A stretch of DNA of 64,000 bases from Nitrosopumilus sp. (GCA_965214775.1 OZ243974.1:928001-992000); one strand, 5' to 3'; positions 29,793 to 40,426 are shown, counted from the stretch's first letter. Notes: generated by a model from the letters alone, not told the origin. Program-made: numbers and translations.

Positions 29793-30146
29793 TTGACGCA
29801 GGAAATTTCTGAAGATGTAGATCGTTTGGAAGCTATTTTCAAGCTTCAAAAGGGATTATCAGAAATGATGAAACTGGACAGGTATCCAAAGGACTCCGAG
29901 GGGAGGGTTTCAGCATTGGCTACTGCGATTGTGCACGAGGCAGTTGAACTACAAAGAACAACAAATTGGAAGTGGTGGAAAACCCCTACAAAATTTAACG
30001 AGGCAGAGGCCAGAGAAGAGCTTGTAGATATCTGGCATTTCGTGGTCCAGGCATCACTGGAACTTAACCTGTCGCCGGACGATATTCTCAGGGAGTACAG
30101 AAGAAAAAATGAAATCAACAGAGAGAGACAGAGAAACGGCTATTGA
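29793..30146 (+). CDS. Dimeric all-alpha dUTPase/MazG-like NTP pyrophosphatase
   Basis: HEAVEL...WKWWK, REELVDIWHF and Y..KNEIN.ERQ..GY motifs. Confidence 0.85.
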   Translation: MTQEISEDVDRLEAIFKLQKGLSEMMKLDRYPKDSEGRVSALATAIVHEAVELQRTTNWKWWKTPTKFNEAEAREELVDIWHFVVQASLELNLSPDDILREYRRKNEINRERQRNGY

Positions 30147-30622
30147 AGCGACTTTATCTTTTTTTCAATGACACAAAGATCAGTTTCATTGATCATGTCT
30201 TCTAAACGAATGTTGTCTTGAAAGTGTTTTATCTTGTTTTCAGACGATGTGAGAAACGGATCCGGGCTTGATGAATTTATTATTCTAAAGTTTGAATCAA
30301 TCCCATTTTTATGCAATTCAAAAAGCGAATGGCCAGCTTTGTGTCCCCAGACTTCCTTTCCACAGACAATTATGGTCTTTACATTACTGTTCATAAAGAC
30401 GTAATCAATGATTGAATCAATCCCCTTGTTCTCAGACAACAGTCTGCCGGCAACGCAAATCTGGTTCAAAATTTCAGAATTCTGGAGTTTTTTTAACAGA
30501 TCGATGCTTGAAAGTGTACATACGGCTATAGACGAGTCGGGATTGCCCAGAAATCTTTCCTCAGGAATGGGCAGAATTACCTTGCAAAGTTCACCAATTG
30601 CTTGGCCTAGCGCATTACTCAT
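30140..30622 (-). CDS. MtrA-like (corrinoid-binding) domain protein
   Basis: GNPDSSIAVCTLSS, G.L.SENKGI and CGKEVWGHKAGHSL..LH.NG motifs. Confidence 0.8.
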   Translation of the reverse strand: MSNALGQAIGELCKVILPIPEERFLGNPDSSIAVCTLSSIDLLKKLQNSEILNQICVAGRLLSENKGIDSIIDYVFMNSNVKTIIVCGKEVWGHKAGHSLFELHKNGIDSNFRIINSSSPDPFLTSSENKIKHFQDNIRLEDMINETDLCVIEKKIKSLQ

Positions 30623-31704
30623 AAGGCTTTACGCATTATTTTTGCAATTTCGTCAAGATTCCTTTTTGTCACTCCTGGATGAATCGGGATTGAGAGAACG
30701 CTTGATGCTGCCCAATCAGTTACGGGCAATCTTGTTTTTAGCCTGTAAAACGGGGTTTTATGGACCGGTGTCGCATAGTAGGCTGCCGCGCCAACACCTT
30801 TTTTGTTTAATGCTTTGAGCAGTCTGTCCCGCTTGTTTGAGGCAATTGTGTACAGATACCAGTTTACGTTTTCATGTTTTTTTGACTTTGGCAGATCGAC
30901 TTGCAGATCAGAGATCAGTTTTGACAGGTAATTCGCATTGCTTTTTCTTGCCTTCAGGAACCCAGGCAGTTTTTTCATTTGTATGGTTGCAATAGCTGCG
31001 CTTATCTCTGGCAGCCTAAGGTTTAGTCCAAAGATCCGGGTATCGCATCCTTTTGCCATGCCGTGATTTCTTATCATCAACAACTTATCATGCAGTTTTT
31101 TGTCGTCTGTTACAACAAATCCCCCCTCGCCTGCAGTCATGACTTTTGCAGGATACATGCTATAGCAGCCCACTTCAAAGAATGTTCCGGCGTGCCTTCC
31201 TTTGTATACAGAACCCAAGGATTGAGCGGCGTCTTCAACAATTGGAATGCCGTGTTTTCTTGAGATTTCCGATAATTGTGATATGTCTGCAACGTTTCCA
31301 TAGAGATGGACGGGAATTACGGCTCTAGTTTTCTTTGAAATTTTACGCTTGCAGTCCAGAGGATCAATCGTATAATCTTCTTTTTTGATATCTACAAAAA
31401 CCGGCTTTGCGCCGACAGACAAAACAGCGTTGGCAGTTGCAACAAACGTAAAGGAAGGCAACAGCACCTCGTCGCCTTTTTTGATATCCAATGCCAAAAG
31501 AGCAGCCTGAAGGGCCGCAGTTCCGGAATTTACAGCAACGGCAAATTTAGATTTGGTAAATGACGAGGCCTGCTTTTCAAACTGTTGGACGTGCTTTCCG
31601 CCATGGCTGGCAGCAGACGTCAGTAGTGCTCCGTTTTGTAAAATTGATCTCACGGCTGAAACTTCCTCCTTGCCCACAATAGGAATATTGATTGCGATTT
31701 TCAA
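30619..31704 (-). CDS. DegT/DnrJ/EryC1/StrS aminotransferase
   Basis: NSGTAAL, FTFVAT, PVHLYG, EDAAQSLG and SMYPAKVMTAGEGG motifs. Confidence 0.93.
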   Translation of the reverse strand: MKIAINIPIVGKEEVSAVRSILQNGALLTSAASHGGKHVQQFEKQASSFTKSKFAVAVNSGTAALQAALLALDIKKGDEVLLPSFTFVATANAVLSVGAKPVFVDIKKEDYTIDPLDCKRKISKKTRAVIPVHLYGNVADISQLSEISRKHGIPIVEDAAQSLGSVYKGRHAGTFFEVGCYSMYPAKVMTAGEGGFVVTDDKKLHDKLLMIRNHGMAKGCDTRIFGLNLRLPEISAAIATIQMKKLPGFLKARKSNANYLSKLISDLQVDLPKSKKHENVNWYLYTIASNKRDRLLKALNKKGVGAAAYYATPVHKTPFYRLKTRLPVTDWAASSVLSIPIHPGVTKRNLDEIAKIMRKAL

Positions 31705-31771
31705 CAGTAGTTCTGTTTATAACTAGTCTATAAATCTCCTCAGGAACACATGAATTTTTATATTTCAAAAT

Positions 31772-32359
31772 TTGGCAAACGGCATTGTGAAATCGCGTAA
31801 TCTAGAAAGAACAGATCCCGGATACAGGGTCTACCTGTACGTTTTCTATGTTTGTGGCTTCATCATGGGATCATCCCTTGTCTTTGGGGTCTATGTTACA
31901 ATGCAAGAGTGGCTGGCAAATGGGACTTATGTCATGGGAGAGGCAATACACAATACGGCAATCCCCTTTGAGAATTTTGCCAGGGTTTCAACGTGGATCT
32001 TCTTTTCGACAATCATTGGGTGGTATTGTGTTTCAAGAATTGGGTGGAAAAGGACTGCAGGAAACAAAATTGTCGGAGTCAAAATGGCTCTATTGCAAGT
32101 AATGCTGCTGGGTTTTTCAATAATTGCGTTATACGAAGTGTTGTACAATTTCACTGTTCTAAACGCACAAATTGCAGCCAAGATAGTTGATGGAATGGTC
32201 CCCGACATTGACAGGTTATCAGTAGCGTATCCTGATCCTGATCGTCCGTGGAATTTGGTTTTTGCAACCAAGGTATTCCTTGCCGCATTCATTATCAGCA
32301 CCCATGCATTCTATCTTAGCATAAAGCCAAGAAAAAGTTTGGACGACTATAAAGAATAA
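31772..32359 (+). CDS. Hypothetical integral membrane protein
   Basis: Four hydrophobic segments. Confidence 0.7.
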   Translation: MANGIVKSRNLERTDPGYRVYLYVFYVCGFIMGSSLVFGVYVTMQEWLANGTYVMGEAIHNTAIPFENFARVSTWIFFSTIIGWYCVSRIGWKRTAGNKIVGVKMALLQVMLLGFSIIALYEVLYNFTVLNAQIAAKIVDGMVPDIDRLSVAYPDPDRPWNLVFATKVFLAAFIISTHAFYLSIKPRKSLDDYKE

Positions 32360-32402
32360 AGACACGTAAAAACTATTTTTTTCTGGCTTGGTGTAATTAA
32401 AC

Positions 32403-32594
32403 ATGGGACTTTGGCTCAAACGCAAATGATCTAAAATACAAAAGATGCAGGACCGCTCTTTCAGATTATGATCGCCTGAAAAGAGGACACGCCGGGACAG
32501 GCTCATAACAGGAAGGGAGAGATGCGGGGTTTGCGGAACCGGATTTGACGCGACTGACGAATTAGGAAGAAGGCACAAGAAAGATTGCAAATAA
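32403..32594 (+). pseudogene. Frameshifted small C2H2 zinc-finger gene
   Basis: Across frames it reads MGL-GSNANDLKYKRCRTALSDYDRLKR-H...AHNRK-ERCGVCGTGFDATDELGRRHKKDCK*. Confidence 0.6.
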
Positions 32595-32899
32595 ACCAAA
32601 AAAGGCAAGAGGGAAGAAAGATGTCTTGTTTTGCAGTGGTTTTGGCGCCCTTCCAATGGCCTCAAGATTGGCAGTCCAATTGAGTTCAAGGTTGATGTTT
32701 GGGACGTTTCTGGGCCTAGCAGGACTGACTGCCCGGACAGGGCTTCCAGAAAATTCTCTCCGGCCCTTTCTTGTAATTTTCAATCGGCAGCCCCGACCCC
32801 CTCCCCCAACGGTATACGCCCCATTGAATTTCCACCATGCAAAATCTCAAAATTGTTTTGAATAGCTTTATAGGCATACTTTGTAAGAGCTGTTTTGGT

Positions 32900-33940
32900 T
32901 TGGATGTATTAGAAAAAGTTGACTTGATTGAAAAGCCTCCAACCGAAGAAGTGGTTACCAGAGATGAACTCACCGAACTATTCAAGACAAATTCGTCACC
33001 AAACCATTACATCGGATTAGAGATATCGGGATTTTTACATCTAGGAAGTTTAATCAGTACCGGGTTCAAAATTAACGATTTTGCAAAAGCCGGCGTCAGA
33101 TGTAAGATCTTTCTTGCAGATTGGCACACTATGATTAATGACAAACTCGGCGGGGATTGGGAAACAATTTCCAGGGTTTCAAGGTATTACCAGGATGCCT
33201 TCAAACTGGTCTGTCCTGATGCAGAGATAGTTCTAGGATCAGGGCTGTATGAGGAAAAAACGGGGTATTGGTCTGAGCTTGTACGGTTTGCAAAGCATAT
33301 GTCAATAGCAAGAACAATGAGGACCCTTACAGTTATGGGGCGCTCAGAAGACGATGACAAGATTGATGTTGCGAAATTACTGTATCCGGCAATGCAAGCA
33401 GTGGACATCCACTCGTTGGATGTGGATATCGCTCATGCAGGAATGGATCAGAGAAAAATCCACATGCTGGTTCGCGAGGTTTTTCCAAAAATGAGATGGA
33501 AGGTTCCGGTAGCCGTTCACCACAGACTGCTTCCGGGGCTATCAAAGCCGGCTGACCCGGCTGAAACCGTAGGCAAGATGAGCAAGTCGGATCCAAATTC
33601 AGGCTTGTTTGTCCACAATTCTGACGAGGAAATCAAGAAGAAGATCAGCATGGCATGGTGTGAGGAAGCAAACGTTGGGAACAATCCCCTCCTAGAAATT
33701 GCAAGGACGGTGATTTTCCATGAGTTTTCTGAGATGAATGTGGAAAGGCCAGAAAAATTTGGCGGAAATGTCTCATATGCAACCTATGAGGAGCTAGAGT
33801 CTGATTTTGCAAACAAAAAACTGCATCCCAGTGATTTGAAGCAGGCAGCGGGCAGCTATCTTGTAAGGATCGTATCGCCAATCAGGGACAAGCTGAATCC
33901 TAGCGACGAAATTTTTGAGGCAATCAAGAGGAGCTACTAA
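32900..33940 (+). CDS. tyrS: Tyrosine--tRNA ligase (archaeal type)
   Basis: YIGLEISGFLHLGS, LADWH, LYPAMQAVDI, AGMDQRKIH and KMSKS motifs. Confidence 0.95.
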   Translation: MDVLEKVDLIEKPPTEEVVTRDELTELFKTNSSPNHYIGLEISGFLHLGSLISTGFKINDFAKAGVRCKIFLADWHTMINDKLGGDWETISRVSRYYQDAFKLVCPDAEIVLGSGLYEEKTGYWSELVRFAKHMSIARTMRTLTVMGRSEDDDKIDVAKLLYPAMQAVDIHSLDVDIAHAGMDQRKIHMLVREVFPKMRWKVPVAVHHRLLPGLSKPADPAETVGKMSKSDPNSGLFVHNSDEEIKKKISMAWCEEANVGNNPLLEIARTVIFHEFSEMNVERPEKFGGNVSYATYEELESDFANKKLHPSDLKQAAGSYLVRIVSPIRDKLNPSDEIFEAIKRSY

Positions 33941-33948
33941 CCTTAAGA

Positions 33949-34740
33949 TCAGGGCTTGCCTGCCTGTTCTTCTAGGTTGTATTTTGATTTGTATCCTCGG
34001 GGGTTGATCAGCAGGTCTTTGTAGGTATAAGTTGAGGAATTTCCAACAATTACGGTGCTGAGCATTCCAAGCTCGCCTGAGTGATTTGGCAGGTTTTCCA
34101 AATCAGTCAGCACCACGGTTTCAGACTCCCTGAACGCGCCCTTGATGATTGCCACAGGTGTCGCCGGTTTTCTATACTTTAGAAGAATTTTTCTCGTATC
34201 CTGAAGTTGACGGACCCTTTTTTTGCTTGCAGGGTTGTAAACTACAATTACAAAGTCGCCTTTAGCTGCTGCCTCCACTCTGCTTTCAATAACCTCCCAC
34301 GGGACAAGCAGGTCACTCATGCTGACTACGGCAAAATCAGTCATCAGCGGAGAGCCGACTATTGAAGCGCAAGAGTTCAGGGCCGAGACGCCCGGAACGA
34401 CTTCCACCTGCAATCCGTCTTTTGGATTCCATCCGGCTTCTGCAAGGGTTTCATAAATCAAACCGGCCATTCCGTAAATTCCGGGATCCCCGCTGGAAAC
34501 CAGGGAGACGACTTTGCCGGATTTTGCAAGATCAATGCACTGGCGTGCACGCTCAACCTCCTGTGTCATCGCATAGCGATAGACGGTTTTGCCTTCAATG
34601 AGGTCCTGAACCAAATTTACGTATGTCTCATACCCGACAATAGTATCGCTCTCGGAGATTGCCTCTTTTGCTCTAAATGTCATGTGATCATGGTGTCCCG
34701 GACCAACGCCTACAATGTTTAGTTTCCCAGTCAGCAACAA
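33949..34740 (-). CDS. cobJ: Precorrin-3B C17-methyltransferase (CobJ/CbiH)
   Basis: VGVGPG, VSSGDPGIYGMAG, SDLLVPW, VYNP and NPRGY motifs. Confidence 0.93.
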   Translation of the reverse strand: MLLTGKLNIVGVGPGHHDHMTFRAKEAISESDTIVGYETYVNLVQDLIEGKTVYRYAMTQEVERARQCIDLAKSGKVVSLVSSGDPGIYGMAGLIYETLAEAGWNPKDGLQVEVVPGVSALNSCASIVGSPLMTDFAVVSMSDLLVPWEVIESRVEAAAKGDFVIVVYNPASKKRVRQLQDTRKILLKYRKPATPVAIIKGAFRESETVVLTDLENLPNHSGELGMLSTVIVGNSSTYTYKDLLINPRGYKSKYNLEEQAGKP

Positions 34741-34785
34741 ATGAAATTCCTTTTTGAATAATTTATCCGTTTAGAGGTGTGTTTT

Positions 34786-36249
34786 CTATTGGAAGGGATC
34801 AACAAACGGACAGTTAACAACATGATCGCTGTTTGTTGGTCTTGCCATGCTTACTGAGATCAGATTATCATCCATAAAAGAATCAATGTCCGACTTTGTT
34901 TCAAGTAATTTTGCAGAGTCGTCGTCGTTCCATTCCACAAGATAAATTCTCCACATCGGGCTGTAGTCTTCATCGTCTGGCCCGGCCGAGGCGATTCCGG
35001 GCTGGAAACCCAATGGGCCGGTTCCTGCAATTCCGTTTCTGAATTGGAACAGATCGGCTGCTGCAGGACTGGCAATTAAATTGGCTGATGATGGTGATGA
35101 GACAACGCCCATTGTTTGGGCTGGGCCGGAGGGAGTCGCATCAGTGGCGATACAGTAAACGGTTCTTCCATCAGGTCCCCACCCCCTATGAGCAACAAAG
35201 GTTACGGTCATCTCTTCGGAGTCAATTTCAGTAATTTGACTGCCTCCGTACGGCATGTCATCAGAAATGGTGCTGTTAGAACGGACTGGCATCTGTCCTT
35301 CAGGCCAAACTATTTGAGGAGTGTTCAAAACAATCCCGGTCTCATGATATTGTATTCTTTCGCTTTCTTTGGCCTCTAGAATTTCTTCCTCGTTTTCAAA
35401 AACCGTTTCTTTTTGACCGGGCTTCCATGTAACTTCGACTAGGGAGCCAAGTGCGCTGTATTTTGACTCTTGTGCAGGAGTGGATGAAAATACCTCGTGC
35501 TGGTATCCAAGAATTCCTTCCCCCTTGACGCCGTTCTTGAAGAGGTATATTTTCTGTAGCGCGTTTTGAGGAGCCTCAGCAAGAGGAGGCGCAGTCCGGA
35601 CTTTCCAGCCTTGCTTTTCAGTAAGGAAGTCAGAGTACTCTTCATCGCTTCCATCAGTAATGACATACAGGACATCGCTTCCTTCAAAAATTCCCTTGTG
35701 CATCGGAATCGTGACAGGAACGTTTGCTTTTGCAAGAAGCAGCGACGGCTTTTCTTTTTCAAACTCAATTTTTTGCATTATTACTTCAGTCGATTGCCCG
35801 CGAATCCAGCCGTCCACACTTACTGTAGAGGTAAACTGTTTTGAATTCAAAGAGCGCAATCCGACTGCAGCTCCTGTAAATTCAAAACTCCCGGACTCTT
35901 TTTCTGAGTCAATCAACGACAAGCCATACACTGTCTTTCCATCAACGCTCCACACAGGCTGGCCTTTGGCCTCTTGAGAACTTATCTCATGAAGAACTGC
36001 CAGCTGTACAGGCTCGCTTGAGGTGTATGTGATAGAGCCGTCATAAAGGGTTCCCCGGTTAGGCGACAAGACTAGTGCCAGCTGGTGATTCTCGTTTCCC
36101 TGGCCCGGATCTTGGGATGACTGGATCGTCTGAGTAAAATGAATCTTTTTTCTAGAGCCGGCATCTACAAATTGATCAGAGAATGTAGATATTGAAACTA
36201 TTCCCAAAACCAAAACCCCAACTGCGGCAATTGCTATTGCTTTTTTCAC
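34786..36249 (-). CDS. Exported hypothetical protein with an internally duplicated domain
   Basis: Signal peptide; repeated Y.I.TD, F.NG..G.G.LG.Q, YS..W and N.P motifs. Confidence 0.72.
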   Translation of the reverse strand: MKKAIAIAAVGVLVLGIVSISTFSDQFVDAGSRKKIHFTQTIQSSQDPGQGNENHQLALVLSPNRGTLYDGSITYTSSEPVQLAVLHEISSQEAKGQPVWSVDGKTVYGLSLIDSEKESGSFEFTGAAVGLRSLNSKQFTSTVSVDGWIRGQSTEVIMQKIEFEKEKPSLLLAKANVPVTIPMHKGIFEGSDVLYVITDGSDEEYSDFLTEKQGWKVRTAPPLAEAPQNALQKIYLFKNGVKGEGILGYQHEVFSSTPAQESKYSALGSLVEVTWKPGQKETVFENEEEILEAKESERIQYHETGIVLNTPQIVWPEGQMPVRSNSTISDDMPYGGSQITEIDSEEMTVTFVAHRGWGPDGRTVYCIATDATPSGPAQTMGVVSSPSSANLIASPAAADLFQFRNGIAGTGPLGFQPGIASAGPDDEDYSPMWRIYLVEWNDDDSAKLLETKSDIDSFMDDNLISVSMARPTNSDHVVNCPFVDPFQ

Positions 36250-36288
36250 TATAACGTCAAGCCCTGTTTTCCCTTAAATGACTTTGTC

Positions 36289-37692
36289 TTAGTTGATTCT
36301 GTCAAGTTCAAACTCATTGTGCAGTGCGCGGACAGCTGCGCCGGTATCAGAATTTTTTACAACAAATGCAAGATTCATCTCTGATGAGCCTTGTGTAATC
36401 ATTGAGACGTTTACCTTGTTTTTCTGTATTGAGCCAAAGACTTTGGAGGCTACGCCCACAGTGCCACGCATTCCGGAGCCTATCAAGGCAATTATTGCAA
36501 CGTCAGTTGTCACTTCAAGCTTTTTGATTATTTTTCCCAACAGTTCCATCTCAAGTGCGCTGACTGCCCTGTCAAGATCTGTATTTTTTACCACAATAGT
36601 AATGCTTGATTCGGAAGGATTCTGAGAGATCATCATGACATTAATGCCGGCCTTGGCCAGCGTTGCAAAGATCTTGGCAGCTGTTCCCGGATTCCCGACC
36701 ATGCTGCCCCCTCTAATGTCAATTAGGCCGTTATTCTTCACGTTGCTGACACACTTTACAGTATTTCTTGCCGATGCAGAAGGCGATGCAGTTACAAGGG
36801 TTCCCTCGTTTTTTACATTAAAGGAACTTCTTATCTTCATTGGAATTTTCTTTGAGATCAGCGGCTCAAAGGTACGTGGATGGATTTGTTTTGCTCCAAA
36901 CAGCGCCATTTCAATTGCTTCAACATAGGAAACTTCCTTGAGAAGTTTTGCGTTTTTGACAATCTTGGGATCAGCCGTCATTAACCCGTCCACATCGCTC
37001 ATCAGCCATATCTCGTCTGCCTTCAAACAAGAACCGATGGTCGTTGCAGAATAGTCAGAGCCGCCCCTTCCAAAGGTTGTCACATGTCCGTGCTGATCGG
37101 CACCTGCAAAGCCGCCTACAACCGGAATCGTTCTCTTTGAGAACAGTCCGTCAACGGTCTTTGAGACGCGGAGTCTGGTAGTATCCATTAACGGTTTTGA
37201 CTCGCCAAAGTTTGAATCAGTCACAATCCCTACCTCTTTTCCGGTAAGCGGGACTGACTTTTTTCCCGTATCACGAATGGCGGCAGATACCAGCTTTACG
37301 GACAGCCTTTCTCCAAATGAAATCAGATAGTCCATCGAACGGGCAGTTACTTCGCCCAACAAAACCATTCCGTCAATCAGGGCCAGCAGTTCTGCAAAAT
37401 CCTCATCAAGCTGCGAGGCCAGCTTTTTTCTAACGTCATTTTTTTTGATTGTCTGTGTTGCAAGATGTTTGTGGCGACTCGTAATTTTTGATGCAAGCTT
37501 TTCTGCCTTGGGCTTGTTTTCTCTTTTAATTGATTCAGAGATTTCGATTAGGTCGTCCGTGGTCCCGCTAGTGGCAGAGCAGACAAGTACGAGTTCGTTT
37601 TTCCTTGACAGTGTACTGACATGCTTTGCCACGTTCTGGATGTCTTTTGCAGATGAAATGGATGTTCCTCCGTATTTTATTACAAGTCTCAT
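36289..37692 (-). CDS. lysC: Aspartate kinase
   Basis: KYGGTS, SFGERLS, FGRGGSDYSA and DVDGLMTADP motifs; two ACT domains. Confidence 0.95.
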   Translation of the reverse strand: MRLVIKYGGTSISSAKDIQNVAKHVSTLSRKNELVLVCSATSGTTDDLIEISESIKRENKPKAEKLASKITSRHKHLATQTIKKNDVRKKLASQLDEDFAELLALIDGMVLLGEVTARSMDYLISFGERLSVKLVSAAIRDTGKKSVPLTGKEVGIVTDSNFGESKPLMDTTRLRVSKTVDGLFSKRTIPVVGGFAGADQHGHVTTFGRGGSDYSATTIGSCLKADEIWLMSDVDGLMTADPKIVKNAKLLKEVSYVEAIEMALFGAKQIHPRTFEPLISKKIPMKIRSSFNVKNEGTLVTASPSASARNTVKCVSNVKNNGLIDIRGGSMVGNPGTAAKIFATLAKAGINVMMISQNPSESSITIVVKNTDLDRAVSALEMELLGKIIKKLEVTTDVAIIALIGSGMRGTVGVASKVFGSIQKNKVNVSMITQGSSEMNLAFVVKNSDTGAAVRALHNEFELDRIN

Positions 37693-37728
37693 TTCAAGAT
37701 TACCTGAACTAGTTAATCTTTAAATGCT

Positions 37729-38475
37729 TTAACTTTCCACGCGTGGGGCCAGGTAAAAGTGGATTCTTCCTATATTGGCAACCTTGAATTCAATTCTGAG
37801 GGGTTTTGCGCTTGAGAATTCACATGTGATAAATCCCGCATTGGTTCCCACCGCCTTGACAACCGGGTTAAGGTATTCGAGGCTGTATGTTCCTACACCG
37901 TCTTCCTTGGATGAAATTTCTTCAATATCCTCCTCTGATTTGTCAATGTCTATTGTCACTTCGCCAGAATCGCCCTTTCCAGAAAAGTCTGCCTGGGAGT
38001 CCGAGGTCTGTATAGTAAGATAGTCAGAGACCACCTGGACGTCTCCTAAAATTTTATCAAACTTGGAAGAAGACAGGATGATCTTCGAATCGTACGGAAT
38101 TTTTGGTAGCGGGGTATCAGTTGCCGAGCTTTCAATTAGTCGCATTTTGTATTTTTTATTTTTTCCGACAGTTACAAGCAACATGTTTTGGTCTGAAATG
38201 CTTATTTCTATGCTGTCTTTCTTGTCAGCCCGTTTGATTAGTTTTGAAAATTCGTCGATTCTGACGCCGAATTTTATTTCGTTGTCGCATTCGTATTTTT
38301 CAAATGCGGAATTAGGCCACGAGATGTCTATTAGTGCGACATGAGAAGGATCCATTCCCCTAAAGGAGATTCCTTCTGCAGTGGCAGTAAAAGTGGCTTC
38401 CTCAACCAGAGTGGAGATTGCAGATATGATTGCCTTGAGATCATCAGATCCGCTGGTTTTTGCGCCAAAAGTCAA
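37729..38475 (-). CDS. pcn: PCNA sliding clamp
   Basis: GMDPSHVAL, YSLEYL and FYLAPRVE motifs. Confidence 0.95.
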   Translation of the reverse strand: MTFGAKTSGSDDLKAIISAISTLVEEATFTATAEGISFRGMDPSHVALIDISWPNSAFEKYECDNEIKFGVRIDEFSKLIKRADKKDSIEISISDQNMLLVTVGKNKKYKMRLIESSATDTPLPKIPYDSKIILSSSKFDKILGDVQVVSDYLTIQTSDSQADFSGKGDSGEVTIDIDKSEEDIEEISSKEDGVGTYSLEYLNPVVKAVGTNAGFITCEFSSAKPLRIEFKVANIGRIHFYLAPRVES

Positions 38476-38508
38476 ATCAACTTTCCTGACGAATGTTCCA
38501 GTTAAAAG

Positions 38509-38820
38509 TTATGCGTAGTTGCGCCAGGTATGCTTGCATTTTGTACAGCGGTAAAATTGGGTTGTAGGTTCATCGGCACTTCTTGTTTGAAGCATCCACC
38601 AGACTGCCTCATCATTTCCGCATTTTTCGCATTCAATTTTGATTGTAGGATGAGACTCTTCCCCCTCGTTTGATTCAAAGGCCAGAATGGATTCCTCTAC
38701 GGGTTCGTCTGCCTTTTTGGTTTGTTTTTCTTCCTGTCCTTCAGAATAGTCACACTTGGGGCATTGAAGGCCAGAATCGCCCTTTTTTAATTTGGCCTCA
38801 CATTTGGGGCAAAACCTCAA
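38509..38820 (-). CDS. tfs: Transcription factor S (RpoM-like)
   Basis: FCPKC and QTRSADEPTTQFYRCTKC motifs. Confidence 0.95.
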   Translation of the reverse strand: MRFCPKCEAKLKKGDSGLQCPKCDYSEGQEEKQTKKADEPVEESILAFESNEGEESHPTIKIECEKCGNDEAVWWMLQTRSADEPTTQFYRCTKCKHTWRNYA

Positions 38821-38822
38821 TT

Positions 38823-39101
38823 CTAGCTTACCTGAATTTTTGAGTTAAATAATTTCTTGAACTCATCGGCCTTTTTGATTGCCGAATCAGCTGCTTTTTG
38901 AATCCCTCCAAGCGGTTTTGATTTTGAATTGATTCTCATCCAGCACTCGTTTGTGAGCGGATGCTTGACTATAACGCCTGCAAAATCAATGTTTGAATCC
39001 TGTAGGAGCTCATGTTGAATAATATACAAAATTCCAATATCGGTTTCTGTCACTGAAAGGCTGATTTCTTTGGGTTCGGAACTGATCACTTGTGCGTTCA
39101 T
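38823..39101 (-). CDS. rpoL: RNA polymerase subunit Rpo11/RpoL
   Basis: FAGVIVKHPL motif; upstream of tfs and pcn. Confidence 0.82.
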   Translation of the reverse strand: MNAQVISSEPKEISLSVTETDIGILYIIQHELLQDSNIDFAGVIVKHPLTNECWMRINSKSKPLGGIQKAADSAIKKADEFKKLFNSKIQVS

Positions 39102-39171
39102 GTATTCAGAAAAAGCACTTATTGCGGATATAAACCAATGCCTCCAAATTCGAACAATTCAGATTAGGTCG

Positions 39172-39570
39172 GCCTGAGAAGCGATGTGTGGTTAGCAGAC
39201 TCTGATCATACATAAACGAATTTACGCTGCATTAGGCCAAGCAACCCTTCCTGCCTGTTCTTCCATTATTCCGTGCCCGAGTCTAGGCTAATGCGCAGAC
39301 AAAAGTGGTTCGAAGTTAGCAGACTCTGATCAGGTGGACACAATGCCATACCAGACCGACCGTACAACACAAGGTTCTCCGTAAAATCAGGCGTGAACGG
39401 GAAGTGTAGATGAATGTTTTACGCCTAGAAAGTTGAGTGCCCGGTGTTGTACGTTTTACTCTGGTAATTTTAGACAGATAATTTGCCATTTGCAAGCATC
39501 TTAATCGATTGGCTTGATGCAAATTAGTTTGTGCGTTATCCGAATCTGCTAATTTCGAGTCAACTCAGGC
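39172..39570. repeat. Cluster of degenerate MITE family J ends
   Basis: GTTAGCAGACTCTGATCA at ~39191 and ~39316; inverted end TCTGCTAATTTCGAGTCAACTCAGG at ~39545-39569. Confidence 0.65.
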
Positions 39571-39988
39571 GTTCTGACAGCGCGTGCCTCATCTCCTCCT
39601 GATCCTGTTCGTATCTCTTGTGTCGTCCTGCCTGCTCTTCTTCCCCAGCAGTCGTCGTATCATCAGTTCGTCCTTGCGCGTCGACGTCATTTTTGTGTAA
39701 GGATGGATCCCGGATCTAGATCAATCGTCTGAAAATATTTGCGGGTTTGATCAAATATGTTGGACATTGCGCGGTGCCGCAAGATGCCGCCTGCCGGCTT
39801 GGCATGTATGACCAGCTTACAACCGCGATATTTTGATCCAGGCGATTACGCATAAGGTCTGGCATACTACGTCCCGGTTATGACTATCAGAAAATGTTTA
39901 CAGGTTCACCAGAAGGATTACAGCAGAGCAAACCCCCATCAGAGCGTACATGAACTTTCTATACCTTGGATGGAGTGTTCTCAGCAAG

Positions 39989-40426
39989 CTACTTTGCCAC
40001 CAATACGGAAACCCTGCATTTGTGCATTACAAAGTTCGAGACGCTGCCCAAAAGCATCTCCCTTATGCCCCCAAGATCCCGGGAGCCGATGACCACCAGA
40101 TCAATCCCGTTTTTCTTCTGGTTGGCATAGTTTGAGATGAGCGAGCCCGGGTGCCCCTTGAGAATTTTCGTCTGAACTCGTATGTCACGCCTTGCTGCGC
40201 CGTCCTTGATTTTTTCCAAGGCGTCTTTGGCATCCGAATACATTACCTCCTGTGCGGCCCTTACGTTGCGGTACGACAGCGGCGAGAAGGGCAGTACATA
40301 AAGCGCGACCAGGGAGGCCCCGTACTGCTTTGCAATTCCCATTGCCTCATTGACTGCGTTTTTTGATTTGTTGGAGGCGTCTACCGGCACCAGGATTTTT
40401 TTATAGCCTGTCATTTGCCCTGTCAC
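39989..40426 (-). CDS. Universal stress protein (USP)
   Basis: KKILVPVDAS and DLVVIGSR...LLGSVSNFV...VSVLVAK motifs. Confidence 0.93.
   Translation of the reverse strand: MTGQMTGYKKILVPVDASNKSKNAVNEAMGIAKQYGASLVALYVLPFSPLSYRNVRAAQEVMYSDAKDALEKIKDGAARRDIRVQTKILKGHPGSLISNYANQKKNGIDLVVIGSRDLGGIREMLLGSVSNFVMHKCRVSVLVAK

Noticed and set aside
32600-32830. RNase P or SRP RNA in the GC-rich gap before tyrS
   Set aside because: No GAGGAAAGTCC-type P4 motif or SRP helix-8 motif was recognisable on either strand.
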